Shown: in pieces, positions 53,346-61,916 of the stretch
Layout: the number at the start of each line of letters is the position of its first letter
Numbering within the stretch: position 1 is the stretch's first letter
IMG/VR virus record: IMGVR_UViG_3300005337_000001
Location: 64,001 to 128,000 of that record
DNA from: a virus
Direction: 5' to 3' (one strand)
Length of the DNA stretch: 64,000 bases
Made by a program: the position numbers and the translations under genes
The notes under the pieces: generated by a model
The model's input: the letters and a program-made list of their open reading frames with translations, nothing else
Told to the model about the DNA's origin: nothing
Databases searched by the model: none

Positions 53346-54247
53346 GGTTCTTTCGGGTACGACGTCGGGTACAACGCAAAGATACCAGGGATTTCCTCGT
53401 CCTCGAAGTTGGCCAGGTTGAAGGGGTTTGTGTAGTTGCGCGCCGGCGTGATGAAGAGGTTCTTGAGCGCAGAGGAGAAGCTCACTGGGATAGAGAACTC
53501 GATGTCCTTCGTCTCGATGGCATGAACCTGCACCTCTTGATGAACCGCCGCCCGGCTGTGCTCGGTCTGCGTCTGGCCAACGACCTTCCAACGCAGGTTC
53601 TCCGCCTCGATCACCAGGTCGCCGGGTTTGAGGATGGGGTAGAAGCCCAACCGCAACGTCGTGTTGTCCTGCTGCGTCTCGCCCGTGTTCAAGTGCTGTG
53701 TGCTCTTCGAGCTCGGATCGATCTGAATGAACGTCTCGATGGGATGCAGATAGCCGCGCACAAAGCCGGTGCAAAAACAGGTGATGCAGCCGCTCTTTGT
53801 CACCTGGTTCAGCGTTTCATTCCAGCAATCTGGGCAGCGCTGGCCAAAAGTGCGTCGTGGCAGCACGATGCAGCGGCGCCCAGCGAACTCCCGCATCAGC
53901 AGGCGGATATGCCGCCGAAGCTCAGTAGCGATGATGTCGGCCTCGGGCTCATGTGCCACAGGCCCGAAGTCCTTCACGTCGCCCGAGCTCTTCTCACGCA
54001 CACGGATGAGGTACTGGTACTCGCGCCAGCGATGCGCGATCTGAATCACGTTGTCGACGAACGTGTACTGGTCCTGAAAGGGCGGCGTGAGCGTGTCCCA
54101 CGGGCCTTCCGGCGACTCGGACCGCAACACCTGAAACTCGAAGTCGAAGATGTCGCGTGTCGTCGGCGCGACGCGCCAAGTCACCTCGTGGAAGTCGATG
54201 TCCAGCGAGATGACTCGGAGCTTGTCGAGCTCGATCGGTACCGGCAT
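53342..54247 (-). CDS. Putative neck/head-closure protein
   Basis: FN3-like N-terminus; CPDC...CITCFCTGF; GDLVIEAENLRWKV. Confidence 0.6.
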   Translation of the reverse strand: MPVPIELDKLRVISLDIDFHEVTWRVAPTTRDIFDFEFQVLRSESPEGPWDTLTPPFQDQYTFVDNVIQIAHRWREYQYLIRVREKSSGDVKDFGPVAHEPEADIIATELRRHIRLLMREFAGRRCIVLPRRTFGQRCPDCWNETLNQVTKSGCITCFCTGFVRGYLHPIETFIQIDPSSKSTQHLNTGETQQDNTTLRLGFYPILKPGDLVIEAENLRWKVVGQTQTEHSRAAVHQEVQVHAIETKDIEFSIPVSFSSALKNLFITPARNYTNPFNLANFEDEEIPGIFALYPTSYPKEP

Positions 54248-55404
54248 TACTGCCTGGGTTGCGTGTTCGACAGCATCTTGCCCGCAACCAGGCCGCCAGC
54301 GCCGGCGACGCCTGCCGCTGCGAGCGGGTTCTTCTGCGCGAAGTTCTTGGCGACGTTGCCGAACGAGCTGGCAACCTGACCCAGGCCGCCGCTCTTGTAG
54401 GCCGACGTAGCCAGGCTCTTGCCTGCGCTGAGCGCATTGCCGACGGCAGGCAGCGCAGCTTTACCAGCGTTCAGCGCGGTACCGAGGATGCCTGCGGTCT
54501 TGTCGGTCTTTTCCAGGCCGGGGAACTTCTTCGCCACCGCAGCACGCACCTTGCTCTTCTCCGAATCAGAGCCGTGCATGCCGACCAAGCCCAGCGCCGA
54601 GCGCGCGTGCTTGGCGTCGGGGATTGGGTACTTGCCGGTGTCACCAGGGCCGTCTGCCTTAGGCTCGGCGAAGTTCTTGTCGGCGATGTGCTCACGCGCA
54701 TTCAACGTGAGTGGCGCCGCCGTCTTCGCGAGGAAGCGACCGGCTTCGATGATGGCAGCGACCTTGGCGGCCGATTGCTTCACCTCTTCCTCTTTCGGCA
54801 GTGCTTTCGGTTTCGCCTTCGGAGGTTGCGGAGGCGCACCTTCACCGCCGCCAGCGTGCGCCTGCTCGAGCAGCTTGATGGCCTCGTCCTCGGTCGCTTC
54901 ATGAGCGGCATCTTCACCGCCACCGACAGCAGCTTCTTCCTGCTGCGCGCCCTCGAGCTCAGCGATAGCCTTCTCTTCCTTGGCCTCCGGAGAAGCCGCC
55001 GGCTCGCCGGCGCCGCCGTTCTGAGCCATGACCAGGTCTAGATCCAGCATACGCTTCTGCAGCTGGATGGCGTCGCGCTTGGCCCAGGTGTCGCTGGGCT
55101 GCGGCTTCATCGCTCGCTCCTGCTCACGCAGCTGCTGATCTTCCATGTCGAGCTGCAGCAGCGCCTTCTCGAGCTCCACCGCCTTAGCGAATAGCGGAGT
55201 GCCCGTGTACTTGCCGAGCCAGGTGTTGTCGCTGCCGCCAGGACCGCAGGCGTCCATGCCGTAGGCAAGCTTGCAGGTCTCGTCGCCGCTTGCGAGCTTC
55301 TGTAGCTCCTCGAGCGGGAACTGCTTGAGCTTGTCGACGAGCTGGCGCGAAGCCGTCTTCTCGGTGGCAGAGCGGTAAGAAACTTCCAGGAATTTGTCGA
55401 GCAT
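54247..55404 (-). CDS. Putative internal head protein with DUF6582-like module
   Basis: EELQKLAS and many K-x-A; NFAEP...KYPIPDAKHARSAL. Confidence 0.6.
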   Translation of the reverse strand: MLDKFLEVSYRSATEKTASRQLVDKLKQFPLEELQKLASGDETCKLAYGMDACGPGGSDNTWLGKYTGTPLFAKAVELEKALLQLDMEDQQLREQERAMKPQPSDTWAKRDAIQLQKRMLDLDLVMAQNGGAGEPAASPEAKEEKAIAELEGAQQEEAAVGGGEDAAHEATEDEAIKLLEQAHAGGGEGAPPQPPKAKPKALPKEEEVKQSAAKVAAIIEAGRFLAKTAAPLTLNAREHIADKNFAEPKADGPGDTGKYPIPDAKHARSALGLVGMHGSDSEKSKVRAAVAKKFPGLEKTDKTAGILGTALNAGKAALPAVGNALSAGKSLATSAYKSGGLGQVASSFGNVAKNFAQKNPLAAAGVAGAGGLVAGKMLSNTQPRQ

Positions 55405-55413
55405 GATGGTCTC

Positions 55414-57210
55414 CTACGCGCCACGATGAAATGAGGCGGCTTGTCGAACGAGGTCGGCAATCTTGGGTCCAGCTGAGGCACCAACCGTGGCGCCACCGAT
55501 ACCTCCAGCAATGGTAGCGGGGATGGGATGCGCGCGCGTAGCCTCGCCCAGGCCGAGACGCATCTTCTCTTCGACCTGCAACAGCGCGTCGGCAAAGCCG
55601 CGTAGACCAGGGCGCTTCGGCGCTGCTTCACGCTCCGCGATGCTCGCGCGCATCTTGTCGAGGTCCGGGCCGTGTCCAGCTGCTTCGAGCCCAGCAGCAC
55701 CAGCGCCTAGTGCGCCGCCGGCAAGAGCGCCGACCGTCGACGCCGTGCTGGCGGTCTTGAAGAGCTCGGGCATAGCTGCGGCAAGCTTCTCGCGTCGAGA
55801 CTCAGCGCTCGCCTTGCCTGCAGCCACGCCAGCTGCCCCCGCGAGTGCGCCGCCAGCGAGGGCGCCACGCACGCCGCTGGTAAGTGCCCGTTCTTTGGAC
55901 GCATTACCGACGGCCGCACGGCCTACCTCGCCCAATTGCGGCGCAAACCGATCGGCTTCCCCCTGCCACGCGCGCGCGGTAGAGCCGCTCAACACGCGGG
56001 CCGTACGGTCCAGCCCTTTGCGCAGGCCTTTGCTGATCGCGCTTCCAACCTTGATGGAAACCTGGCCTGTGGGTTTCCTGGGAGCGGGCTGGCCTTCCTC
56101 GCTGGCGTTCGCCTGCGGGGGCGCGCTGGCGCCGCCTCCAGTCCCGCCGCCGCCGGCGCCGGGCGGCACAGCTCCAGGCGCAGCCTCAGCTGGCGTGCCC
56201 TCGGGAGCTGGCGCTTCCTCCTGCTCTGCAATGCCGTCGCTCGACGCCGTGGCGCCCTGCTCAGCGTCGGTGGTGGGGACGTCGCCGCCTTCGGCCGGAG
56301 CACCCTCCGTGCCTTCCCCGCTACCTGGTACCGGAGCACCACCTTCAGCAGGGGCTTCCTCGCCCGGCGCACCCTCGGCGCCCTCGGCACCAACCTCCTG
56401 CGGTGCCAGCGGCTCCATGCCGCCGGCAGCTCCACCTTCGCCGCCGAGCTCTGGCTCGGTGCCAGGTAGGCCTTGGGAAGCCAGGTCGAAGAGCTGTGAG
56501 CGCACGCCCTGCACCTCGATCTTGGCCGCCGCCTCTTGACCCTTGGCTTGTAGGGCCTGGTTGGACGCGCCGACGGCCTGTTGCATGGCCTGTGTCGCTG
56601 CCAGATTGGCTGTTTCGACCTGCTGCATGGCGGCCTGCTGCGCGATCTGGCCCTCCTGCTGCGCAGCCGACAGCTGCTGCTGGTGAGCTTCCTGCTCGGC
56701 GGTCAGCTGCTCAACCTGCTGCTGAGCCTGCGCTGCCTGCTCGGTGGCAGCAGCGGCCTGGGCGCGCGCTTCCTCGAGCCGCGCCTGGTAGTACTCGACT
56801 GCGCTCTGTTCCTCGGCCGCCATACCAGCCTGTTCGTTGGCCAGGTACTCGGCTTGCGCCGGCACCGCCGCCGGCGTCGGTGAAGAAATGGTAGCGGCAG
56901 ACGCGTCTTCGCTCGCCGCGGTCTCGTCGCCTGCCGTCTTCATGAACGTACGGCCGAGCAGCTTGAAGCGCAGCGAGGCGCTCTTCACGTTAAGGAACGG
57001 CTGCGGATCGGTCTGCGCGCTGTCCGCGGGTGCCTCTTCATGGAGCGGCACTTTCTGCGGCGCGCGGTCGGCGGCAGCTTGTTTCACGCACTCAGCCATG
57101 AGCGCGTCATCCTCGTGTGTCACCTTGCCGAAGTCTTTCAGCCCCACGAAGAACGAAGCCGCTTTGTCGAGCGGAATGGGACGGCTGAGACCACGTTCGA
57201 TGGCATTCAT
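55414..57210 (-). CDS. Putative prohead core/internal head protein
   Basis: KAA, KQA, KSA, KTA, KLA motifs; Gln/Ala coiled coil; acidic linker; Gly-zippers. Confidence 0.6.
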   Translation of the reverse strand: MNAIERGLSRPIPLDKAASFFVGLKDFGKVTHEDDALMAECVKQAAADRAPQKVPLHEEAPADSAQTDPQPFLNVKSASLRFKLLGRTFMKTAGDETAASEDASAATISSPTPAAVPAQAEYLANEQAGMAAEEQSAVEYYQARLEEARAQAAAATEQAAQAQQQVEQLTAEQEAHQQQLSAAQQEGQIAQQAAMQQVETANLAATQAMQQAVGASNQALQAKGQEAAAKIEVQGVRSQLFDLASQGLPGTEPELGGEGGAAGGMEPLAPQEVGAEGAEGAPGEEAPAEGGAPVPGSGEGTEGAPAEGGDVPTTDAEQGATASSDGIAEQEEAPAPEGTPAEAAPGAVPPGAGGGGTGGGASAPPQANASEEGQPAPRKPTGQVSIKVGSAISKGLRKGLDRTARVLSGSTARAWQGEADRFAPQLGEVGRAAVGNASKERALTSGVRGALAGGALAGAAGVAAGKASAESRREKLAAAMPELFKTASTASTVGALAGGALGAGAAGLEAAGHGPDLDKMRASIAEREAAPKRPGLRGFADALLQVEEKMRLGLGEATRAHPIPATIAGGIGGATVGASAGPKIADLVRQAASFHRGA

Positions 57211-57213
57211 TGC

Positions 57214-57660
57214 TTACTCCTCCGTCAACACGTAGAGCGTATCGCCTTGTGACTCGAATTGCATAACGCGCGGCGCCGCGCCGCTTGATGGCGCGTAAAC
57301 CTTGCCAGAGAGGGCTTCGTTGTTGGGCAGTCCAAGCTTCGCGCGCCCCGTCTCGTTCACGGCAGCAAGCGTCACAGCCGCCCCAGACGTTTGTTTGAAG
57401 ATGATCTTTCCGTCGAGCTGCAACACCACCAACGTGGCGATGGCAGCTTCGAGCTGCGTCTTGATCTCGGCGAAGGTGAGCCTGCCCTGGAACTGCGCAC
57501 CCTGCGTAAAGGTCTTGGTTCCAGCGGGTGAAGTAAAGGTAATGGTCGTGCCGACAATATCGTCGACAGCGGGGCCGATGTTGCCACCTTCCAACGCGCC
57601 GTTGAGCAGGAGGTTGGCCGTTTCGATGTTGCGGAACTTACGGAATTTGAGAGCTGCCAT
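57214..57660 (-). CDS. Putative virion structural (neck) protein
   Basis: Start MAALKFRKF after AAGAGG; contains module shared with sheath. Confidence 0.55.
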   Translation of the reverse strand: MAALKFRKFRNIETANLLLNGALEGGNIGPAVDDIVGTTITFTSPAGTKTFTQGAQFQGRLTFAEIKTQLEAAIATLVVLQLDGKIIFKQTSGAAVTLAAVNETGRAKLGLPNNEALSGKVYAPSSGAAPRVMQFESQGDTLYVLTEE

Positions 57661-57668
57661 GTTGCCTC

Positions 57669-58190
57669 TTAGTACTGAGCGTAGGTGCCGTTGACCGCCC
57701 AGTACTCGGAGAACACCCCCGAATTGCTCGGGCCAAGGATGCCTTCGATGTTGAGCGCTACCTTCACCCGCTGCTTCATCTGCTCGGTGGAGGCCTTGAA
57801 ATACTGCAGCCACTGCATGAGCATCGGCGTCTTGTCGTTCACACCAACGTTGATACCACCCGTCGAGTAGTTGATGTGGTTGCGCGTCTGCAGCAAGCCC
57901 ACCTGCTCGATCAAGCTGATGACCGTCATGCGTAAAAGCAACGCGTGTTGGTTGCGCTGCAGCAAGTCGTCGATCGACAACGACGTGAAGTGAGGCGTGC
58001 CGTTGAAATCAGCGAGAGCGTCGACGACCGACCAAGCAATCTGCCGGTCCGTCGACTCCTCACCTGCGATGATGCGATTGAGCTCCGGGAAGTCGCGCGT
58101 GTAGCCACGCACCATCTGCACGAACGCCCGGAACATCGGAGTGACGCCGGGCAGTCCTTGCAGATTTCTTGTGGTGGCTAGCGCGTCCAT
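57669..58190 (-). CDS. Putative head-tail adaptor
   Basis: Helical, then INYSTGGINV beta segment; position downstream of capsid. Confidence 0.6.
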   Translation of the reverse strand: MDALATTRNLQGLPGVTPMFRAFVQMVRGYTRDFPELNRIIAGEESTDRQIAWSVVDALADFNGTPHFTSLSIDDLLQRNQHALLLRMTVISLIEQVGLLQTRNHINYSTGGINVGVNDKTPMLMQWLQYFKASTEQMKQRVKVALNIEGILGPSNSGVFSEYWAVNGTYAQY

Positions 58191-58655
58191 TTACCGGTTC
58201 TTTTTCTGCTTCGATTGCCCTCCCACCGGCACTTGATTCGGCGGTGGGTCTTCTGCCATGGGCGGCGGCGTGCGTTCTTCAGGTGGCGGTGGTGGGTCGG
58301 GAGGCCCTAGTTCCTCGCGACCCAGAGTAACCTGCTCACCTTCGGCAGGTGGGCTGAGCGGCGGCTCGCCGGCGACCTTGGTCTCACCGACCTCCACGTG
58401 CTGCCTCATACGAGGCCCGCCGGCGCTCGCTTGAGCCTGCTGTCGTGCCAACACGTACGGCGGGGGCAGCTGGTCGATGGCAACGGCACCAACTTGGAGA
58501 AGGTACGCCAGGTTGCCGCGTGAAGTAGGTGTGTCCTCGACATCGACGAATTCGCCAGGGTTCACGATGCGCCCGGCAATGGCGATGCCCTGATCGGAGA
58601 GCCCGCGCTGCTCGAGCACGGGCGTTTTGATGTCGGTCAGGTTGTAGACCTTCAC
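58191..58655 (-). CDS. Hypothetical virion-associated protein
   Basis: Folded N-terminus, Pro-rich tail. Confidence 0.5.
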   Translation of the reverse strand: MKVYNLTDIKTPVLEQRGLSDQGIAIAGRIVNPGEFVDVEDTPTSRGNLAYLLQVGAVAIDQLPPPYVLARQQAQASAGGPRMRQHVEVGETKVAGEPPLSPPAEGEQVTLGREELGPPDPPPPPEERTPPPMAEDPPPNQVPVGGQSKQKKNR

Positions 58656-59743
58656 CGGTGGCTACCTTTCTTGTGGCTCTTCGAAGAGCCACCCTTTGAG
58701 CTCGAGGACGACCCAGTCTTGGCCGGCTCATCCTTCGGAGGCTCGACGGCCTCAGCCTCGGTGTCGGTGTCAGCCAGGGCTGGGTCCTGTTGCTCTTCGG
58801 CTTCGCCTTTGAACGCCGGCGCCGTAGGGGTTTCCGTTGAAGTCTCGGTGTTGGTGTCGGGCGCCGGCTGAATTGGGGTGAGGTTGCCGTCCACGCCCAC
58901 GGGCGGCTGCTCGAGCTCGGTCGGTACCACCGGCGTCGTAGTAGCAGCAGCATCAGGCGCGGGCGTCGCCGCAGGCTTCGCAGGGTCTGCAGGATCGACG
59001 AAGTCACCAGACCCTTCGGTCGACGCTTCACCGGAGCCCGGGGACTCCTTCTTCGCAATTTCAGCCTCTTTCTCAGCCTTCATCGCGTCGACCGCATCGT
59101 CGGCCGCCGGGTCGTTGACGAAAGTGCCGTCCAGGTACTGCGGCATAGCCTCGCCCGCAGGCGTGTCGTTGGCGGCCGAGTCGAGCGGCGGGTTGGGCAT
59201 TGGCGGCGTTGGTGCCACAGCCGACATGACCACGCGGCCTGCCTTCAAAGCAGCCAGGTCGATGCGAGCTCCGTTCGGGGCGTGCACCGACAAGATGCCA
59301 ACGCGTTCCTTCTCGATTAGCTCGTCGAGATTGGCACGCACGAGCTCGGCGGAGACGCGCAGCGGACGCTTGCGCACCAGGCGCTTCGACGGGTCCGCAA
59401 AAAGGTACTGCTTGAAGCGATGCCGGGTGGGGTTCCGCGCGCGCTGCGTGCGGTTGCCGACGGCGCGTACTTGGCTGCGCACGTGCAGAAGGTCAGGCAG
59501 GCCGTCGCCGTCGGCGTCGACCATCTCGTCTTCGAGATCATCTTCGGCACGCGCGGCTACCTCGGCTTCGTACGCTTCATCCGTCAGCGCACCCGAGGTG
59601 TAAGCCACAGACAGTGCCGATTCGTACTCGGCCATGCTCTTCTCGTAGTTCTCCTCCGAGTAGCCTTGGCTGAGGTAACGCTTCAACGTCGGCCTCACAT
59701 AGGCCTTAGGGAACTTCAACTCGGTCTTCGTGTCTTCGCTCAT
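58652..59743 (-). CDS. Hypothetical acidic/low-complexity protein
   Basis: AAGGAG SD; DADGDGLPD motif. Confidence 0.55.
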   Translation of the reverse strand: MSEDTKTELKFPKAYVRPTLKRYLSQGYSEENYEKSMAEYESALSVAYTSGALTDEAYEAEVAARAEDDLEDEMVDADGDGLPDLLHVRSQVRAVGNRTQRARNPTRHRFKQYLFADPSKRLVRKRPLRVSAELVRANLDELIEKERVGILSVHAPNGARIDLAALKAGRVVMSAVAPTPPMPNPPLDSAANDTPAGEAMPQYLDGTFVNDPAADDAVDAMKAEKEAEIAKKESPGSGEASTEGSGDFVDPADPAKPAATPAPDAAATTTPVVPTELEQPPVGVDGNLTPIQPAPDTNTETSTETPTAPAFKGEAEEQQDPALADTDTEAEAVEPPKDEPAKTGSSSSSKGGSSKSHKKGSHR

Positions 59744-59778
59744 GACAACTCCTTACACGGCAGCGTACCCCGATCCCT

Positions 59779-59821
59779 AAAACCAAGAAAGGGCGCCGGG
59801 CCACTCGGCACCGACGCCCTT
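59779..59821 (-). terminator. Rho-independent terminator after major capsid gene
   Basis: AAGGGCGTCGG/CCGGCGCCCTT 11-bp stem followed by TCTTGGTTTT. Confidence 0.75.
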
Positions 59822-59848
59822 CTTCCGCCCTCACAAGGCGAACTCAGG

Positions 59849-60964
59849 TCAGAACTGAGTGACTTGCGGGAACTTCAAGCCCGCATCGACACGGTTGTTC
59901 ACCGCGCCCAGCTGATCCTCGGTCTTCGGGATGAAGCTCGAGAGCAAGCCGTCGGCGTTCGTGGTCGGGTTCGCGTCAGCCGAGTAGAGCTCGAGCTTGC
60001 GGACCGCCGCGATGTTGATCACCGACATGCCGATGTCCTCCCATGCCTGGAAGGTGATCATGTTCGCGATCTTGTCGATGTAGAACTTCGTGTTGTTGAG
60101 CACGTAGAACTTGCCGAAGAACTCCGGCTTCGTGAACACGTAGATGTTGCCGGGGCGCAGGATGTCCGTCTTGATCGTACGGATGTACGCACGGCCCAAG
60201 ATGGTGTTGTACTTGTAGCCGTCGACCGTCGTCTCCGACTGCACCCTGTCGCCGAAGTCCTCGACCGTCCACTGCAGCAGGTCGTCCCAGTCGACCTCGG
60301 TGCAGAGCAGGCGCTCCGACCGCAAGCGGTTGCCGTCGAGCATCTTGAACAGGTTCACGAAGTCGGGGCGCTGTACGGGCAGCACCTCGGCCGTGTTCGT
60401 GCTCGCGTTGCGCGCCAGCTCGCCCTTGCGAACCGAGAACTCCACCGTGGTGCCGATGGTCGACGCAGACAGGGCCGTGGCGGTACCGCCGTTGGCTTCC
60501 GTCTGCAGCGCTTGCACCGCCGCCTCGATGTGGATCGTGAACTCGCGGTCCTCGATCTCTTGGATGTCCTTCACCGAGTTCTCCTCGATGATCTTCGTGA
60601 TGGGCATCTCGTACGCCATCAACTCCTGCTCCGTCTTCTGGAACATCTCGGAGCTGATGGTGAAGAACGCCACCTCCGCGCGCGAGCCGCGGATGAATCG
60701 TGCGTCTGGGGTGCCACGAAAGGTGATCGCCATCGCGCGGCTCTGAGGCTCCACGTCGATGATCTTCACCAGGGTATCGTGGTTGACCGAGCGCTGGCAG
60801 TCTGCACGCGTGACCTGCTCCGGCGGAACGACTTTCCGAGCGAAGCTCACCTCACGGAGGCGGTCACGAATGTAAGAACCGCTGTACTCGGCGATCTTTT
60901 CCTTGCCCTCGGAGCTGTTCAGCTTCGATGCAAAGAGCTCGTTGATAACGCTCGCCGGAACCAT
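59849..60964 (-). CDS. Major capsid protein (HK97 fold)
   Basis: 371 aa; YIRDRLREVSFARKVVPP, IIDVEP, DIQEIEDREF; strong SD and terminator; head module context. Confidence 0.85.
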   Translation of the reverse strand: MVPASVINELFASKLNSSEGKEKIAEYSGSYIRDRLREVSFARKVVPPEQVTRADCQRSVNHDTLVKIIDVEPQSRAMAITFRGTPDARFIRGSRAEVAFFTISSEMFQKTEQELMAYEMPITKIIEENSVKDIQEIEDREFTIHIEAAVQALQTEANGGTATALSASTIGTTVEFSVRKGELARNASTNTAEVLPVQRPDFVNLFKMLDGNRLRSERLLCTEVDWDDLLQWTVEDFGDRVQSETTVDGYKYNTILGRAYIRTIKTDILRPGNIYVFTKPEFFGKFYVLNNTKFYIDKIANMITFQAWEDIGMSVINIAAVRKLELYSADANPTTNADGLLSSFIPKTEDQLGAVNNRVDAGLKFPQVTQF

Positions 60965-61002
60965 GTTCGTTTCTCCTTCTTCCTGTAGGGGTGGGTCGAG
61001 CG

Positions 61003-61527
61003 TTAGCTACGGTACCCCGAGATGAACCTGAGCTTACCACCGTTGCTGGCGGGAAGCCGAGTGACGTAGCCCACGATCGGGGCGGTATCGGCAGAACCAC
61101 CGTGGCCGACGAGGCCCGTGTAGCTGCGCGGACCGATGGCGATGGTCGCAACCTTGAGAGGCTGCATGACCGAAGTGATGGCCGCACCCGAACCGATGGC
61201 GGCGGTCGCGTCGTAGATGCGGGTGTCGCACTCGAACTCACCACGGAATAGGCAGGTGGTCTTCTTGTCTGCCATGCCCATGCGGTCCGAGCGACCACGC
61301 TCGTTGAACAGCGGGAAGCTGCGCACGGTTGCGGGGTCGGCGGGAGTGCCAACGACGCTCGCCCGTACCCACTGGTACGAGGCGTTCAACGTCATCCACT
61401 CGCCATCGACGAGCGCTACGGCGTTGAGGGGGTCGGCCAGCGTTTTGTCAGCCAGAGGAAGGTCTTTCCTCCAGATGTTCAAGACGTCGGTGACAGGCTC
61501 GAGGTTTACTTTTTGAACGGTCGACAT
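61003..61527 (-). CDS. Putative capsid decoration protein
   Basis: Beta-rich 174 aa immediately upstream of capsid gene. Confidence 0.65.
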   Translation of the reverse strand: MSTVQKVNLEPVTDVLNIWRKDLPLADKTLADPLNAVALVDGEWMTLNASYQWVRASVVGTPADPATVRSFPLFNERGRSDRMGMADKKTTCLFRGEFECDTRIYDATAAIGSGAAITSVMQPLKVATIAIGPRSYTGLVGHGGSADTAPIVGYVTRLPASNGGKLRFISGYRS

Positions 61528-61545
61528 GACTTCTTTCTACTCCTT

Positions 61546-61899
61546 TCAGCTCAGGAGAAACCGCTCGAGGTCACTTGACCCTGCGGCGCCCGAGAGCTCG
61601 TCGGACACGTGTGCACGTTTGCCCATGTCCGGGCCCACGAGCTCCACCGCTTTTTCCGTGACGTCGAGATTCAGAGAGCCTGCGGCGGCCTGCTTCTGAA
61701 GCTCGTCTGCAACCTCGTCGACCGTCCCGGACTTGATGCCCTTGTCGATCATCGAAGTTGCAATCTTTTCGACGCGCTGCCGCGACGCATTCTCGAGGAA
61801 CGCATCGCGGTAGAGGTCACGCTCACTTGCGAGCTTGCGGAGGGTCTCGGGGACTTCCGCGAGGACCTCGCGTTTCATTGCTGCACTCAGCTTGTCCAT
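61546..61899 (-). CDS. Putative scaffold-like protein
   Basis: Helical; LRKLAS, VEKIAT, DELQKQAA. Confidence 0.6.
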   Translation of the reverse strand: MDKLSAAMKREVLAEVPETLRKLASERDLYRDAFLENASRQRVEKIATSMIDKGIKSGTVDEVADELQKQAAAGSLNLDVTEKAVELVGPDMGKRAHVSDELSGAAGSSDLERFLLS

Positions 61900-61916
61900 C
61901 GTTTCTGTCCTCCGAC

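Noticed and set aside
53353-53376. 12-bp tandem near-repeat TCGGGTAC(G/A)ACG
   Set aside because: Lies within the coding end of the neck gene (LYPT/SYPK) and can be explained by peptide repetition
13161-59770. GTAC as a dedicated regulatory or methylation site
   Set aside because: GTAC is frequent in coding sequence here (G followed by TAC codons); upstream instances are explained by TACNNT -10 elements
2361-60964. Introns, inteins or homing endonucleases in rnhB, thyX, kinase, sheath or capsid genes
   Set aside because: All are uninterrupted and of plausible length; no LAGLIDADG/HNH/GIY-YIG motifs or intein C-terminal HN signatures noticed
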